Made by a program: the position numbers and the translations under genes | Shown here: piece by piece, positions 1-9,739 of the stretch | Layout: each line of letters begins with the position of its first letter | How positions within the stretch are numbered: position 1 is the first letter of the stretch | Virus record (IMG/VR): IMGVR_UViG_3300027566_000027 | Location: 1 to 32,194 of that record | From: a virus | Taxonomy: Duplodnaviria > Caudoviricetes | Reading direction: 5' to 3' (one strand) | Length of the DNA stretch: 32,194 nt | The notes under the pieces: generated by a model | Told to the model about the DNA's origin: nothing | Database searches by the model: none | What the model saw: the letters and a program-made list of their open reading frames with translations, nothing else

Positions 1-2
1 CT

Positions 3-3000
3 GGAGTCACTGTTGATAGTGAAGTGATAAACGCTAGACAGTCTGCTAGGAAGAATATTACGTTCGACACCTTAGACGCACGTTTAGAGGCTGCTGAGTT
101 GGACTCATCCTCAGCTGGTAATGCCGCGTTGTTTATCAGGGAGGCTACAGCAGCCCTTGTCCGTGAGCAGACTCCGTCCGGTATACAGGCTTTGGACGTC
201 GAATGGGCCAGTACAAAAACTAAGTCTCTAGCGGTTAATGAGAACCGATGCTCGCTGGTGAATAGTTTATATTCTACCACTCAGATGAATGCTTTCCAAA
301 CCAAATCGTTCGTGGCCTTCATTAATGGCTACCGTGTAAATCTCAACGATGGTACGAACGCTGGGTTGGAATGGATATTCGATGATCCCCCTACTTCTGG
401 TGAACGTTGGGACTTAGGTTTCATCGAGATGTGGTTTGTAGACAAGGTCGTCGGTGATACTGTATATAAGAACGGTTATCGTGGTACTGGCGAGGTTGCT
501 GACCATACCTGTACTTACCCCGAGAGAGTTGTTGAGTGGCGGAAACGGAAGGTTGCCGGGGTGGATTTTGGTGTTTATGTTTTGGATGGTTTTACCAAAG
601 ACGTAACTACACTAGATGCTTGGACGAATAATAACCAAGTGATTTTAGCACAGGGTGGAAATATAAGTGTTCCCTCTATTAATTATTATAGTAGATTTGC
701 TTGTAATAAACAAAGAAATGATACAGGAATAGTAGCAAGTAAGATAGCTTTAAGTGATACGGGTTTATATATAGCAGGCAACGGTAACTCTGATTCCAAA
801 TCCACCCTAGCCACCGCCGACGGCTACGTCTACGCCATACCAATGTTCAAAGTCCGCCGCAGGAACAACGCTGGATACAGTGCGGCCAATCCGTGTGGAG
901 CGAGGGATTATTTTACTGTTACTACCTCAGCGTCTGATGTAACGGGCATGTCTGTCGGGTTAACTACCACATTCACTTTAGTTTCAACCACCGGGATTGT
1001 TGTGGGTGATGTTTATATGGACACTTCCTATGACAGAAGATTTAGAGTGGATAGTATCTTGTCTGCTACTCAAGTAATAGTCACCATAGTTAAAACTAAT
1101 GGCGGAGTATCTGTTGATACTTTTGTCGGTAGCAGGGCTCATATGTTAACGACTCCGTCTCCCTCCGCTCTCTACTCCAACATAATTGACAAGTCCGACA
1201 TAGTCTGGTTAGCCCATAACGTCTCTCTCACCGGCTTCGATTATCGAACCCTCCAAGCTCAGGTAGTCGAGTCCCTGTTCACCAACAACCTCACCACCAA
1301 AGCCGGTAAGACCATGCTGGCCACTTATCATGGCGTGCCGAAGTCAGTAGTGGATGAGTATACTGCCTGTTATGCTTCACTGGATGGTAGTTTAACTGCT
1401 GAAAATGGAACACTCGTTACTAATATCACCACCCCAACATTTAAACCCTGTGCTACGGGGATGGGAGTAAAGCTTGAGGACGGGAAGTATATCGGGTGTG
1501 CTATTCCTGCTGGACAGAGTGCTATTACGGTTGAGGCTTGGTTTAATACGGAGGAGATGTGGAGTACAGGCAGTAATCTAAGGTATATATTGTCGATCAA
1601 TACAGGGGGAAATATTATTGGTATAGCAAAAACTACAGCTGTAAATTTTGATATATTTAACGGCAACGGAGCTAATCGTATTACCAATACTTTTATACCC
1701 AAACCTATTTCATTAATGACGCACGTTAGTATAAGAGTAACTACTTCTAGATTAGACATTATAATTAATGGTGTTATTGTTTATACGACAGCTACGGTAT
1801 TAAATTTAAGTTTGATGGCGATAGCTAAAATAGGAGAAGCCTCTGCTACTTACGGTTACATCGGAACAATATCTGATTTCCACGTCTCTCTAACAGACAG
1901 AGGAACCTCCTACCCCCAATTCCCCGGCTCAGTATTCCCAGCAGACATCTCCCAAGGCTACGCCAGAGTAGTCCCAGCATTCACCACTCAAAGACAATAT
2001 TTCTCTGATGCACTTACAGGCCAGACCACTTCCTCCGTAGCCAAGGCCGATGACATCGACCACGATCTAGGTATTTCCCGAGGCGTAGTGGGTACAGGTA
2101 CTAAACAGGTCGAGACTGCTACGGTGGTAGGGGATATAACTACTCCAGGTAACGCTGTAGTGACTGTAACGAGCGCTAATATGGGTGGGAGTCCGAAGAC
2201 GGTGGAGGTGAATGTTCCAGCTATAAATTATTTAATTAACGGTAATTTTTTAGCAGATATTGATTGGATAAAAGACGGAACTATTACCATAGCCAGCGGC
2301 GTAGTATCAATAACTGCAAATAATGTTAATACTTGTATAAGAGAATCAAATTTATGGGTAGATAATGCTAAATCGGCACATAAAATGGTATTACTTTACA
2401 CAGTAGTAAGTAATACGTTATCATCTGGAGGATTATTATTAGGCGGTTTAAGTGGTAACGATTTTTGTAACCAATTAAGTTTAACTTCCACGGTTGGGAA
2501 ACATGCTAGAGTATTTACAGTTACTGATAACGCAGGAACTGACGATCAAATTTCTTTATGGATAGCAAATATGGTAGTCAGTGGGACTATCGTTTTAAGC
2601 AATATAGCATTAATCGATTTAACCGAAAAATATGGAGAAGGAAATGAATTAACTACAGAATTACAATGTTTAACAGCTTTTCCTAATTGGTTCGATCAAA
2701 CCCCAGCGTCAACCGCTAATTTAGCAAGAACCGCTCTCTCCTTAGACCCCGACATTAAATCCAACTTCACAGTCTCAGGCACTGGGGCAGATGTAGTGCT
2801 AACAGACCGAGCAAGACTGGCTAACGATGCTACGCTAAACATCGCTATAGACAACGGCACCTGCACAGGCCTTACTGCCGCACCTGTCTCCGCAAGTACA
2901 ACTGCTGGTGTAGCTGGCGTGTGGAGTGCGAGTGACACTATTAAGGTGAAGGGTGCCGCTGGGGAGGTTGTGTCGGGGGTTATTGATGGGGATACAGCGT

Positions 3001-6000
3001 CGTGCAAAATAATAGAGGATGTTACAGGAACATCACCTATAGTGATGAAAGTAGACGATGTTAGCAAACTAGCAGTTAGCGATACTTTACAGAGAGTGGA
3101 CATTCGGGATAATAGTATTTCCGTAGTTTTAACCATTACGTCCGTAGACGTTATAAATAAAACTATTACTGTATCTTGGGTGGGTGGCGGTAGTCTAACC
3201 TGTTATGCCGGATACCATATTTTAGTAGAAACCACAGCATCCACCTCCGTACCAATCTCAAAATTCTCCCTAGTAACTGATAAAACAGCCCAAGGTGGAG
3301 CATCTACGTATATTACTTTACAAGCAGACGCCAGTGCTGTAGATGACTACTACAACGGCTTCTATGTAAAACAGACAGAAGGCCCTGGAGCAGGACAGAA
3401 TGTATTAATCACAGACTACGAAGGAGCAACTAAGAAAGCCTACGGCACCTTCGCAGTATCTCCTACGTCTGCCAGCAAATACAACATCGAGGGTAGAGTA
3501 GCTGGTACATGGTCTAATCTGGGTACGAACGAAGCCACTTTCACACTATCGGCTACGAATGGACTAACTAATCAGGATATCTGGATAGACTACAGCCTCA
3601 ATCAGTACGCAGGTCAAGGTGCGATCACTGAGTTCGCAACTGAGACTTTGCAGGGTGAGGTGAAGGGGAAGAAGATGGTGCCGTTCGTAACAGGTGTTAC
3701 ACCGTTCGTGAGAGATGATTTTACTAATAAGATAAGTGGAAGTGTGGTAGAGTGTCCGCATGTAATTAAAATAAGTTCTAGTGGAGTTGATGAGGCATCT
3801 GTACTTAAAACACCTGTACAATTTGTATCTGAGTTATGGAATAGTGGAGGATATGACCGGGTTACACAATTGAACAATGTTTCAGCTAGTGCTAGTAGTT
3901 TTGTTAATGGGCAGATTCCACAATTATTAAACTCTATAAATCTAATCCGCCTAATAGAAGACAAACACGGCCCCATCCCCGCAGTAGACAAAGTCCAATG
4001 GATAAAAGACAACACCAGTAAGATAATCTTTAACTGGTGGGGATATGGCAGTTGTCCCGTTGCTGGAGTGGCGGGGAATAAAGCGTATGTTGTTGAATAT
4101 TTACCAGGTTTGACTGTTCCATCCTACGATTCCCCAGCCTCTACTAATCTTACAGGGGTTATAGCAAAAGTATCAAGAGTTTGCGTTAATCTCCAGTATA
4201 GGATTGACAAATCCGGTTTTATCCATTTCATAGCCTACACAGACGCCGCAGATGGAACGACCGGCGCAACCACGTTAAGAGACGTAGCTCATGCACTACT
4301 TGTAGGTGACTTAATTGAAAACACCACACGTGCCTTAACCGGCTTCATCACCACCGTCTCAGACGCCAACCACGTTATTCACGACTCTATCACTGGTCAA
4401 GTGGCCACAGACTCTATTAAGAAATTCCATAAGCAGGCTAACGGTACCGCAGAAGTTGGTACTACTGCTGGAATGATCAAAATAACAGCACATGGCCTGT
4501 CCACAGGAGACTGGATACGCAACACGTCCAGAGGTAACGCTCTAAGAAAGGTAACAGTCATCGATGCCGACTTCTTAGACGTAGATGACATCACAGATCA
4601 GACAGCCGGAGACACCATCGAAGTCTACACCCTCTACGCAACCATAACCGCCTCCGCGGGCATCGCCTCCACCATCTACACTGATTACTGCAACGTCGAA
4701 GTGGAGTTGAAAGTGCCGACAGGATATGATTGTCTGGTGCCCGACAACCCACGTAGGGATGATTGGGCGGTAATAAGCGATGATTATCTTGGTAAAGTGG
4801 CAGGAAGTTTAGTAGGTGTGAGTCATGTAGCGAGGGAGGTATGTCATGCCGATCTACAGATACCGGGCATAGGTACGGAGTTCCTTCAAGATGACTATGA
4901 CAATGTGAGTCTCCTGAATGCTGTATGTAAGAGCACTACAACCTCTGTAGCGGGAGAGAGGCCTCAGCAAACCTTTGATATTGACGTAATAAGGCAGTAT
5001 GAGGATACGTACGGCCCAATACCTAAAACCACTAGGAAGAAGAAAGCACAGTGGTTTAACGAAAACATGTATAAATTTATTTTAAACTGGACTGGTTATG
5101 GTAGTTGTCCGAGCGGAAATAAAGCATATGTGGATTGGCATTATAAAGGATACCCCAATTGGTTTGCCGTACAGAATAGCATACAGAGTAGTTATAGCAA
5201 TGCCTCTAATACCCCAGCAAGTATTGTTATTTCACGTATACTTTCGTCATCTACTAATACCCATACAGTGGATGACCAAGGCTACATCCACTTCCTAGCC
5301 TACACTGATGCTTCAGACGGCGTAACCCCGTCAACAATCTACACCGACTATATCAAGTTGGACATCTACATGAAACCAATGATAATCCCGTTACTCATCC
5401 GTAAAGAGACCAAAGAAATCTCAACCTACTTCCCAGCCAGACCCGAGCATAAGACTAAGAGTTGGGTGAATTATATCCCATACCAAGGGCTGACCCCAAC
5501 GACCGCCAGCTTCTTCCAAAACGATGTTATACTCTCTGATTTAATTGCTTATGTCTCTAGTTTAGGAACAGGTGCATATGTAAACACGCCCTATGCAAAT
5601 TATAAAGGGTTAATCAGTCGATTACCTATTAATGTAGGAAAAGACTATGATTTAATTGCACAAGATATAACAATAAATGGCCTGTTAAGTAAGTTGCTAA
5701 AAGTTGATTTACTACCTCAACAATATTCTACCTCAGAAATTAGTCAGTTTATAAAAATATTATCCAGTTCGGCGGTTCCCTCGGTTAATCAGAGAGGCGT
5801 GAACTCTAACGCCTTATTATCTACGGGTCTTACCTTTTCGCCTAATTTTAAAATAAAAAATACAATTATAGTAAATGGTAAAACCCAAAATATACTCGCC
5901 TTTTTAGTTCTTAGAAAAACAGATAATAAAATATATTTAGTTATAGTATCCACTACCTCATCTTCTGATAATCAAATATTTAGTTTTAATAGTAGTAGTT

Positions 6001-6047
6001 CATGTGATATTTATGAGGTAATTGGCAGGCCACTTTGCCGCCAATAG
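3..6047 (+). CDS. Very large minor tail / receptor-binding protein (5'-truncated by window), mosaic with LamG/ConA-like and carbohydrate-binding-like modules and an internal duplicated domain
   Basis: Frame is open upstream of the GTG at 24 (GVTVDSEVINAR..., resembling the SEVxDAR...TLxxRL motif of tail proteins); >2000 aa, Thr/Ser/Gly/Val rich; LamG-like segment (ITVEAWFN...THVSIR...IIINGV...IG...YIGTISDFHVS); two copies of a DDxxxKxxGSxV...GYGSCP..GNKAYV...IHFxAYTDAxDG...IYTDY domain. Confidence 0.8.
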   Translation, partial: GVTVDSEVINARQSARKNITFDTLDARLEAAELDSSSAGNAALFIREATAALVREQTPSGIQALDVEWASTKTKSLAVNENRCSLVNSLYSTTQMNAFQTKSFVAFINGYRVNLNDGTNAGLEWIFDDPPTSGERWDLGFIEMWFVDKVVGDTVYKNGYRGTGEVADHTCTYPERVVEWRKRKVAGVDFGVYVLDGFTKDVTTLDAWTNNNQVILAQGGNISVPSINYYSRFACNKQRNDTGIVASKIALSDTGLYIAGNGNSDSKSTLATADGYVYAIPMFKVRRRNNAGYSAANPCGARDYFTVTTSASDVTGMSVGLTTTFTLVSTTGIVVGDVYMDTSYDRRFRVDSILSATQVIVTIVKTNGGVSVDTFVGSRAHMLTTPSPSALYSNIIDKSDIVWLAHNVSLTGFDYRTLQAQVVESLFTNNLTTKAGKTMLATYHGVPKSVVDEYTACYASLDGSLTAENGTLVTNITTPTFKPCATGMGVKLEDGKYIGCAIPAGQSAITVEAWFNTEEMWSTGSNLRYILSINTGGNIIGIAKTTAVNFDIFNGNGANRITNTFIPKPISLMTHVSIRVTTSRLDIIINGVIVYTTATVLNLSLMAIAKIGEASATYGYIGTISDFHVSLTDRGTSYPQFPGSVFPADISQGYARVVPAFTTQRQYFSDALTGQTTSSVAKADDIDHDLGISRGVVGTGTKQVETATVVGDITTPGNAVVTVTSANMGGSPKTVEVNVPAINYLINGNFLADIDWIKDGTITIASGVVSITANNVNTCIRESNLWVDNAKSAHKMVLLYTVVSNTLSSGGLLLGGLSGNDFCNQLSLTSTVGKHARVFTVTDNAGTDDQISLWIANMVVSGTIVLSNIALIDLTEKYGEGNELTTELQCLTAFPNWFDQTPASTANLARTALSLDPDIKSNFTVSGTGADVVLTDRARLANDATLNIAIDNGTCTGLTAAPVSASTTAGVAGVWSASDTIKVKGAAGEVVSGVIDGDTASCKIIEDVTGTSPIVMKVDDVSKLAVSDTLQRVDIRDNSISVVLTITSVDVINKTITVSWVGGGSLTCYAGYHILVETTASTSVPISKFSLVTDKTAQGGASTYITLQADASAVDDYYNGFYVKQTEGPGAGQNVLITDYEGATKKAYGTFAVSPTSASKYNIEGRVAGTWSNLGTNEATFTLSATNGLTNQDIWIDYSLNQYAGQGAITEFATETLQGEVKGKKMVPFVTGVTPFVRDDFTNKISGSVVECPHVIKISSSGVDEASVLKTPVQFVSELWNSGGYDRVTQLNNVSASASSFVNGQIPQLLNSINLIRLIEDKHGPIPAVDKVQWIKDNTSKIIFNWWGYGSCPVAGVAGNKAYVVEYLPGLTVPSYDSPASTNLTGVIAKVSRVCVNLQYRIDKSGFIHFIAYTDAADGTTGATTLRDVAHALLVGDLIENTTRALTGFITTVSDANHVIHDSITGQVATDSIKKFHKQANGTAEVGTTAGMIKITAHGLSTGDWIRNTSRGNALRKVTVIDADFLDVDDITDQTAGDTIEVYTLYATITASAGIASTIYTDYCNVEVELKVPTGYDCLVPDNPRRDDWAVISDDYLGKVAGSLVGVSHVAREVCHADLQIPGIGTEFLQDDYDNVSLLNAVCKSTTTSVAGERPQQTFDIDVIRQYEDTYGPIPKTTRKKKAQWFNENMYKFILNWTGYGSCPSGNKAYVDWHYKGYPNWFAVQNSIQSSYSNASNTPASIVISRILSSSTNTHTVDDQGYIHFLAYTDASDGVTPSTIYTDYIKLDIYMKPMIIPLLIRKETKEISTYFPARPEHKTKSWVNYIPYQGLTPTTASFFQNDVILSDLIAYVSSLGTGAYVNTPYANYKGLISRLPINVGKDYDLIAQDITINGLLSKLLKVDLLPQQYSTSEISQFIKILSSSAVPSVNQRGVNSNALLSTGLTFSPNFKIKNTIIVNGKTQNILAFLVLRKTDNKIYLVIVSTTSSSDNQIFSFNSSSSCDIYEVIGRPLCRQ

Positions 6048-6076
6048 CGAATATTATGACTAGGGGATTAATGTAA

Positions 6077-6646
6077 ATGTTCAACGAAGAAACTCAATTA
6101 GAAATATGCAAACTTTATCAATTGGGAAACGAAAACTCTACTTATGTTTTAGCTAACCAATTCAATTGCACTCACGTAACTATATCTAGAATATTAAAAA
6201 CGCATAACGTTCCGATAAGATGCGGAAAAGGGAGCCATTCTAATAAAAATAAGATATACGGCGGTAAAGCAAGCGGCACAAAGTATTATCGAAGAAAAAG
6301 GGATGCTGTAAAAGGCGACTGCACTATTTGTGGTGGAGATGACTGTTTAAGTCTCCACCATATAGACGGCAACCATTACAATAATGAGGATTATAACATG
6401 CTGAAAGTATGTAGAAAGTGTCACTTTGCAATCCATTCCTATTTAGTTATGAATGTAAGCTCTTTAATCAAATTGCGTAAAGATGGATGGAGCATGCCAC
6501 GGTTAGCAAAACATTTTGGAGTGAGTATCACGAAGGTAGCAAATGAATTGGCGTTTGCTGGATTATCTAAACAAAAATCTGGATATAAGGATAAGGATAA
6601 TTATCCAGAAATCCGTTACTACGCTAAACAATTAATGAAAGGATAA
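6077..6646 (+). CDS. HNH (homing-type) endonuclease with flanking HTH-like segments
   Basis: CTICGG...LHHIDGNHYNNEDYNMLKVCRKCHFAIH is an HNH/Zn motif; HTH-like STYVLANQFNCTHVTISRIL and WSMPRLAKHFGVSITKV; free-standing between tail genes. Confidence 0.8.
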   Translation: MFNEETQLEICKLYQLGNENSTYVLANQFNCTHVTISRILKTHNVPIRCGKGSHSNKNKIYGGKASGTKYYRRKRDAVKGDCTICGGDDCLSLHHIDGNHYNNEDYNMLKVCRKCHFAIHSYLVMNVSSLIKLRKDGWSMPRLAKHFGVSITKVANELAFAGLSKQKSGYKDKDNYPEIRYYAKQLMKG

Positions 6647-6658
6647 GGAGAAATCACC

Positions 6659-7654
6659 ATGAAATACTTTATCGACGATTATAAACTAGCTTCCATAGAC
6701 TTACCTGAGAACTTCGCACTTAGTAAGGTTATTCAGGAGCAGGACGGAATGAAGCAGAAGGTGGATGAGGGCGGCAACGCTCTCTTCACCAAGTACGAAT
6801 TACTACCCGAGTTTGACTTTATCGGAAACCCCATCTACCTCGATCAAAACGGGGGTAAAACATTAGACCCCCAGAGTGTTGCTACCTGGACGTTCGAAGA
6901 AGTTGAAGGAGAGATGGTTTCGGTACCGTCAGAGTGGGTAGACAACGAGCCAAGTCTTGTGATGACCTCCGTAGAAACCACCGACTCTAAAATCCCCACA
7001 GCCTGGGAAACTCAAACGGTAACTTACCCCTCACAAATACAAAAAACGGACGAACAAGGAAATCTGCTCTATATTGATGGGGAAACTGGTGAAGAAACCC
7101 TGTTAACAGGGTATGAGGACTACGACGAGAACTTTATTGAAAACGCTCCCGTCATGATACCTATAGAATACCCTGAAGGCTTCCAACTTGTCCAAGAAGT
7201 CCAAGTTCCCACAGAATGGTTAGAGTACGAACCAGTAATGGTTCCGAATATGGTGGACGTAACTAAAAACTTCAGCGAAAAACCCGAGTTATTTACTGTA
7301 GAAGAAATCATTACTCAAAAGTTTACATTAATCGCTCAGGAACTCGGATTCGAATACTGCATAGCCGACTGCTTCCTAACAGCAGAGGATCTTGATCTTG
7401 AATGGGTGGAGCACAAAGCGGATACCGGGGTCAAACTCGTATCTATCCAACCCAACGGTGCTTGCCGTACGAAGCAGATCCAATTAGACGTTCCGGTTGG
7501 AGCGCGTAAATTATATCTGGAGGCAGACATCAACATCGTAGCAAATGCTTTTATAGATTACGATGTGTTTACGGTTGTATTTAATGAGACCCAAGGTAAA
7601 CGCGGCAACGTACGAGCCTACGCCTTATTCTTCAACGAGGAGGTAGTGCAATGA
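6659..7654 (+). CDS. Acidic tail-associated hypothetical protein
   Basis: 331 aa ORF, RBS AAGGAG; internal repeat QKVDEGGNALF / QKTDEQGNLLY; located in tail module. Confidence 0.6.
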   Translation: MKYFIDDYKLASIDLPENFALSKVIQEQDGMKQKVDEGGNALFTKYELLPEFDFIGNPIYLDQNGGKTLDPQSVATWTFEEVEGEMVSVPSEWVDNEPSLVMTSVETTDSKIPTAWETQTVTYPSQIQKTDEQGNLLYIDGETGEETLLTGYEDYDENFIENAPVMIPIEYPEGFQLVQEVQVPTEWLEYEPVMVPNMVDVTKNFSEKPELFTVEEIITQKFTLIAQELGFEYCIADCFLTAEDLDLEWVEHKADTGVKLVSIQPNGACRTKQIQLDVPVGARKLYLEADINIVANAFIDYDVFTVVFNETQGKRGNVRAYALFFNEEVVQ

Positions 7655-7740
7655 TAAAGATTAAGGTACCCCTCAAAGAAATACCAACACCAGTAAAGCC
7701 TACCACCGTAGACGAATTGGTGGAATCGTTAAAGAGTTAA
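7651..7740 (+). CDS. 29-aa small ORF (MIKIKVPLKEIPTPVKPTTVDELVESLKS), possibly truncated
   Basis: GAGGAGG RBS, ATGA overlap with upstream stop. Confidence 0.45.
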   Translation: MIKIKVPLKEIPTPVKPTTVDELVESLKS

Positions 7741-7751
7741 ACAAAATCTAA

Positions 7752-7783
7752 TAGGGCTCCTTATCAAACGGTAGGGAGCCCTA
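7752..7783 (+). other. Stem-loop abutting the RBS of the next tail gene
   Basis: TAGGGCTCCTTA / TAGGGAGCCCTA inverted repeat; no U-tract; ends at first base of AGGAGGTG. Confidence 0.6.
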
Positions 7784-7796
7784 GGAGGTGATTCAT

Positions 7797-9734
7797 TTGA
7801 ATTATCCCATAGTATACGACAAGTTAGAGACCTCTTTTCTGGGATATGGTCTAGCTGTTCTGGAGAATGTTAATGATAACTTTTTTATCAGAGAGGTTCT
7901 CAATGGCGAGTATTCTCTAACTTTTACTCTTCCTGTCAACGATCCAAAATGGCAGTATATTGTGGAGGAGAATATTGTAAAAGTAGAGGGACAGCTCTTT
8001 GTCATTCGAACTATATCTGACGCTCGTAAGGAAAATGGAGAAATAGTCTGCGATGTAACCTGCGAACATATCTTCTTTCTGCTTTTGGATGACTACATTG
8101 AATATCTTGAGATTACATCAGGATCATCAGCTACGGTTACTCTAACTCAAATATTAGCAGGGACTGATCATAGTGTAGGTACTGTGGACGTTACCGGGAC
8201 TGTCACGGAGGATAATGCCCCCATATTTGAGGACGTTAATCCTATTAAAGCTACCAATGACCTCATTAGTCTATTAGGCGGAGAAGTAAAGGCTGATAAT
8301 TTTACTGTTAACTTATTGACGCATCGGGGTTCTACAGTACCTAATATTCAATTCCGGTATCGTAAGAATATCAAATCCATCAGACGTACGAAGGATACGA
8401 GTGGCCTTATTACCCGTCTGTACGTTTATGGGAACGATGGACTCACAATCGAAGACGCGATTGAAGGTAATGGTCTAAAATATATTGATAGCCAGTATAT
8501 TGCAAATTACCGCCGTCCTAAGACTGCTTCGGTGCACTTTGACATCGACGATCCGGACGAGTTATATACAGCTGGCGTCACCCATCTTGCAACTGTGGAA
8601 ATCCCGCATGTAAGTTATGAGGGTGAGGTCTTGGAACTGAAGGCTTTGGACGAATATGGTCCCCTGGAGGCTTTTACCCTTGGGGATGAGAGTATGGTGT
8701 TTGACGAGGACTTAAACATCGCAGTCCAAGCACGTATATTAGAGTACGAACGCTACCCAAAACAACCCTGGAAATCAAGAGTGACCCTAGCTAACTTCCG
8801 ACCCGGGATACAAAATGAATTATCGCAGTTAAGGGATATGAAGAGTCAATTGGTTACTCAGGATGGTAGTATGAAGGTCAGCACGGCATGGTTTGAGGGG
8901 GTTATAAATACTCTACAAAACCAATTGATAGCCAGTGGTAGTTATGCTACAGCCCAAGTTATTGAGGGAAAAGGGTTGCTGTTCGAGAATCTTGATGAAG
9001 CCAGTCCTGATTACGGAGGGTTATATATTGGTCCTGGAATGATGGCTATTGCTAAGGAAAAAACAGGATCTCCTCCAACATGGAATTGGCGAACTTTCGG
9101 AACTGGCGTAGGTTTTACCGGTGATTTATTACTTGCTAATACTGTAAGAGCCGGTTGTTTGTTAGCTGATCAAGCATTGATTGATCTTTTAAATGCTCAA
9201 GAAATAGTTGCCGGTTCAGTTAAAGCTGAAAATATTATCACTTCTACTGCTAAAATTACCGCTGCACAGATTGAGAGTTTAGTTGTTGGTGGTAATGTGG
9301 CAATGGGAGTAAATGCTACAATTGATTGGTCTAAAGTTTTAAATTCGCCAACTATACCCGATGTTCCAGGATATATTCAGAGTACAAAGATATCGGGTAC
9401 TTCGATTGAAAGTTGTACTATAACTGGTAATACGGTACAAACAGCAGGTGCAAATAATAATAGAATAGTTCTAGCCGGAACCGGATTCAAATGTTACAAT
9501 GCCAGTAATCAGCTCCACGGTTGGGTTTTAGATAGTAATAATTGGTCCGATTTACTTGTTTATTTTGAGGGGCAAGAACGAGGGGGATTAAAGTTATTAG
9601 GAGGAGCTTTATGTTTAATTCCAAATAATGGAAATTTAATTATTGGCACGGGTGGCAGAACAACTTATCTTAACGGGGATATAAATTTTCAATATGCCGA
9701 GAGTATTACCGGACTACACGCTCAATGGGGGTAA
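7797..9734 (+). CDS. Phage tail spike / baseplate hub protein (Prophage_tail endopeptidase-like family)
   Basis: AGGAGGTG RBS then TTG at 7797; motifs EVLNGEYSLTFTLP, FRYRKNIKSIRRTKDTSGLITRLYVYG, YIDSQY, WNWRTFGTGVGF typical of Firmicute siphophage tail proteins. Confidence 0.85.
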   Translation: MNYPIVYDKLETSFLGYGLAVLENVNDNFFIREVLNGEYSLTFTLPVNDPKWQYIVEENIVKVEGQLFVIRTISDARKENGEIVCDVTCEHIFFLLLDDYIEYLEITSGSSATVTLTQILAGTDHSVGTVDVTGTVTEDNAPIFEDVNPIKATNDLISLLGGEVKADNFTVNLLTHRGSTVPNIQFRYRKNIKSIRRTKDTSGLITRLYVYGNDGLTIEDAIEGNGLKYIDSQYIANYRRPKTASVHFDIDDPDELYTAGVTHLATVEIPHVSYEGEVLELKALDEYGPLEAFTLGDESMVFDEDLNIAVQARILEYERYPKQPWKSRVTLANFRPGIQNELSQLRDMKSQLVTQDGSMKVSTAWFEGVINTLQNQLIASGSYATAQVIEGKGLLFENLDEASPDYGGLYIGPGMMAIAKEKTGSPPTWNWRTFGTGVGFTGDLLLANTVRAGCLLADQALIDLLNAQEIVAGSVKAENIITSTAKITAAQIESLVVGGNVAMGVNATIDWSKVLNSPTIPDVPGYIQSTKISGTSIESCTITGNTVQTAGANNNRIVLAGTGFKCYNASNQLHGWVLDSNNWSDLLVYFEGQERGGLKLLGGALCLIPNNGNLIIGTGGRTTYLNGDINFQYAESITGLHAQWG

Positions 9735-9739
9735 AATAA

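Noticed and set aside
3-6047. Diversity-generating retroelement target
   Set aside because: No reverse transcriptase and no near-identical repeat pair differing only at adenines seen in the window.
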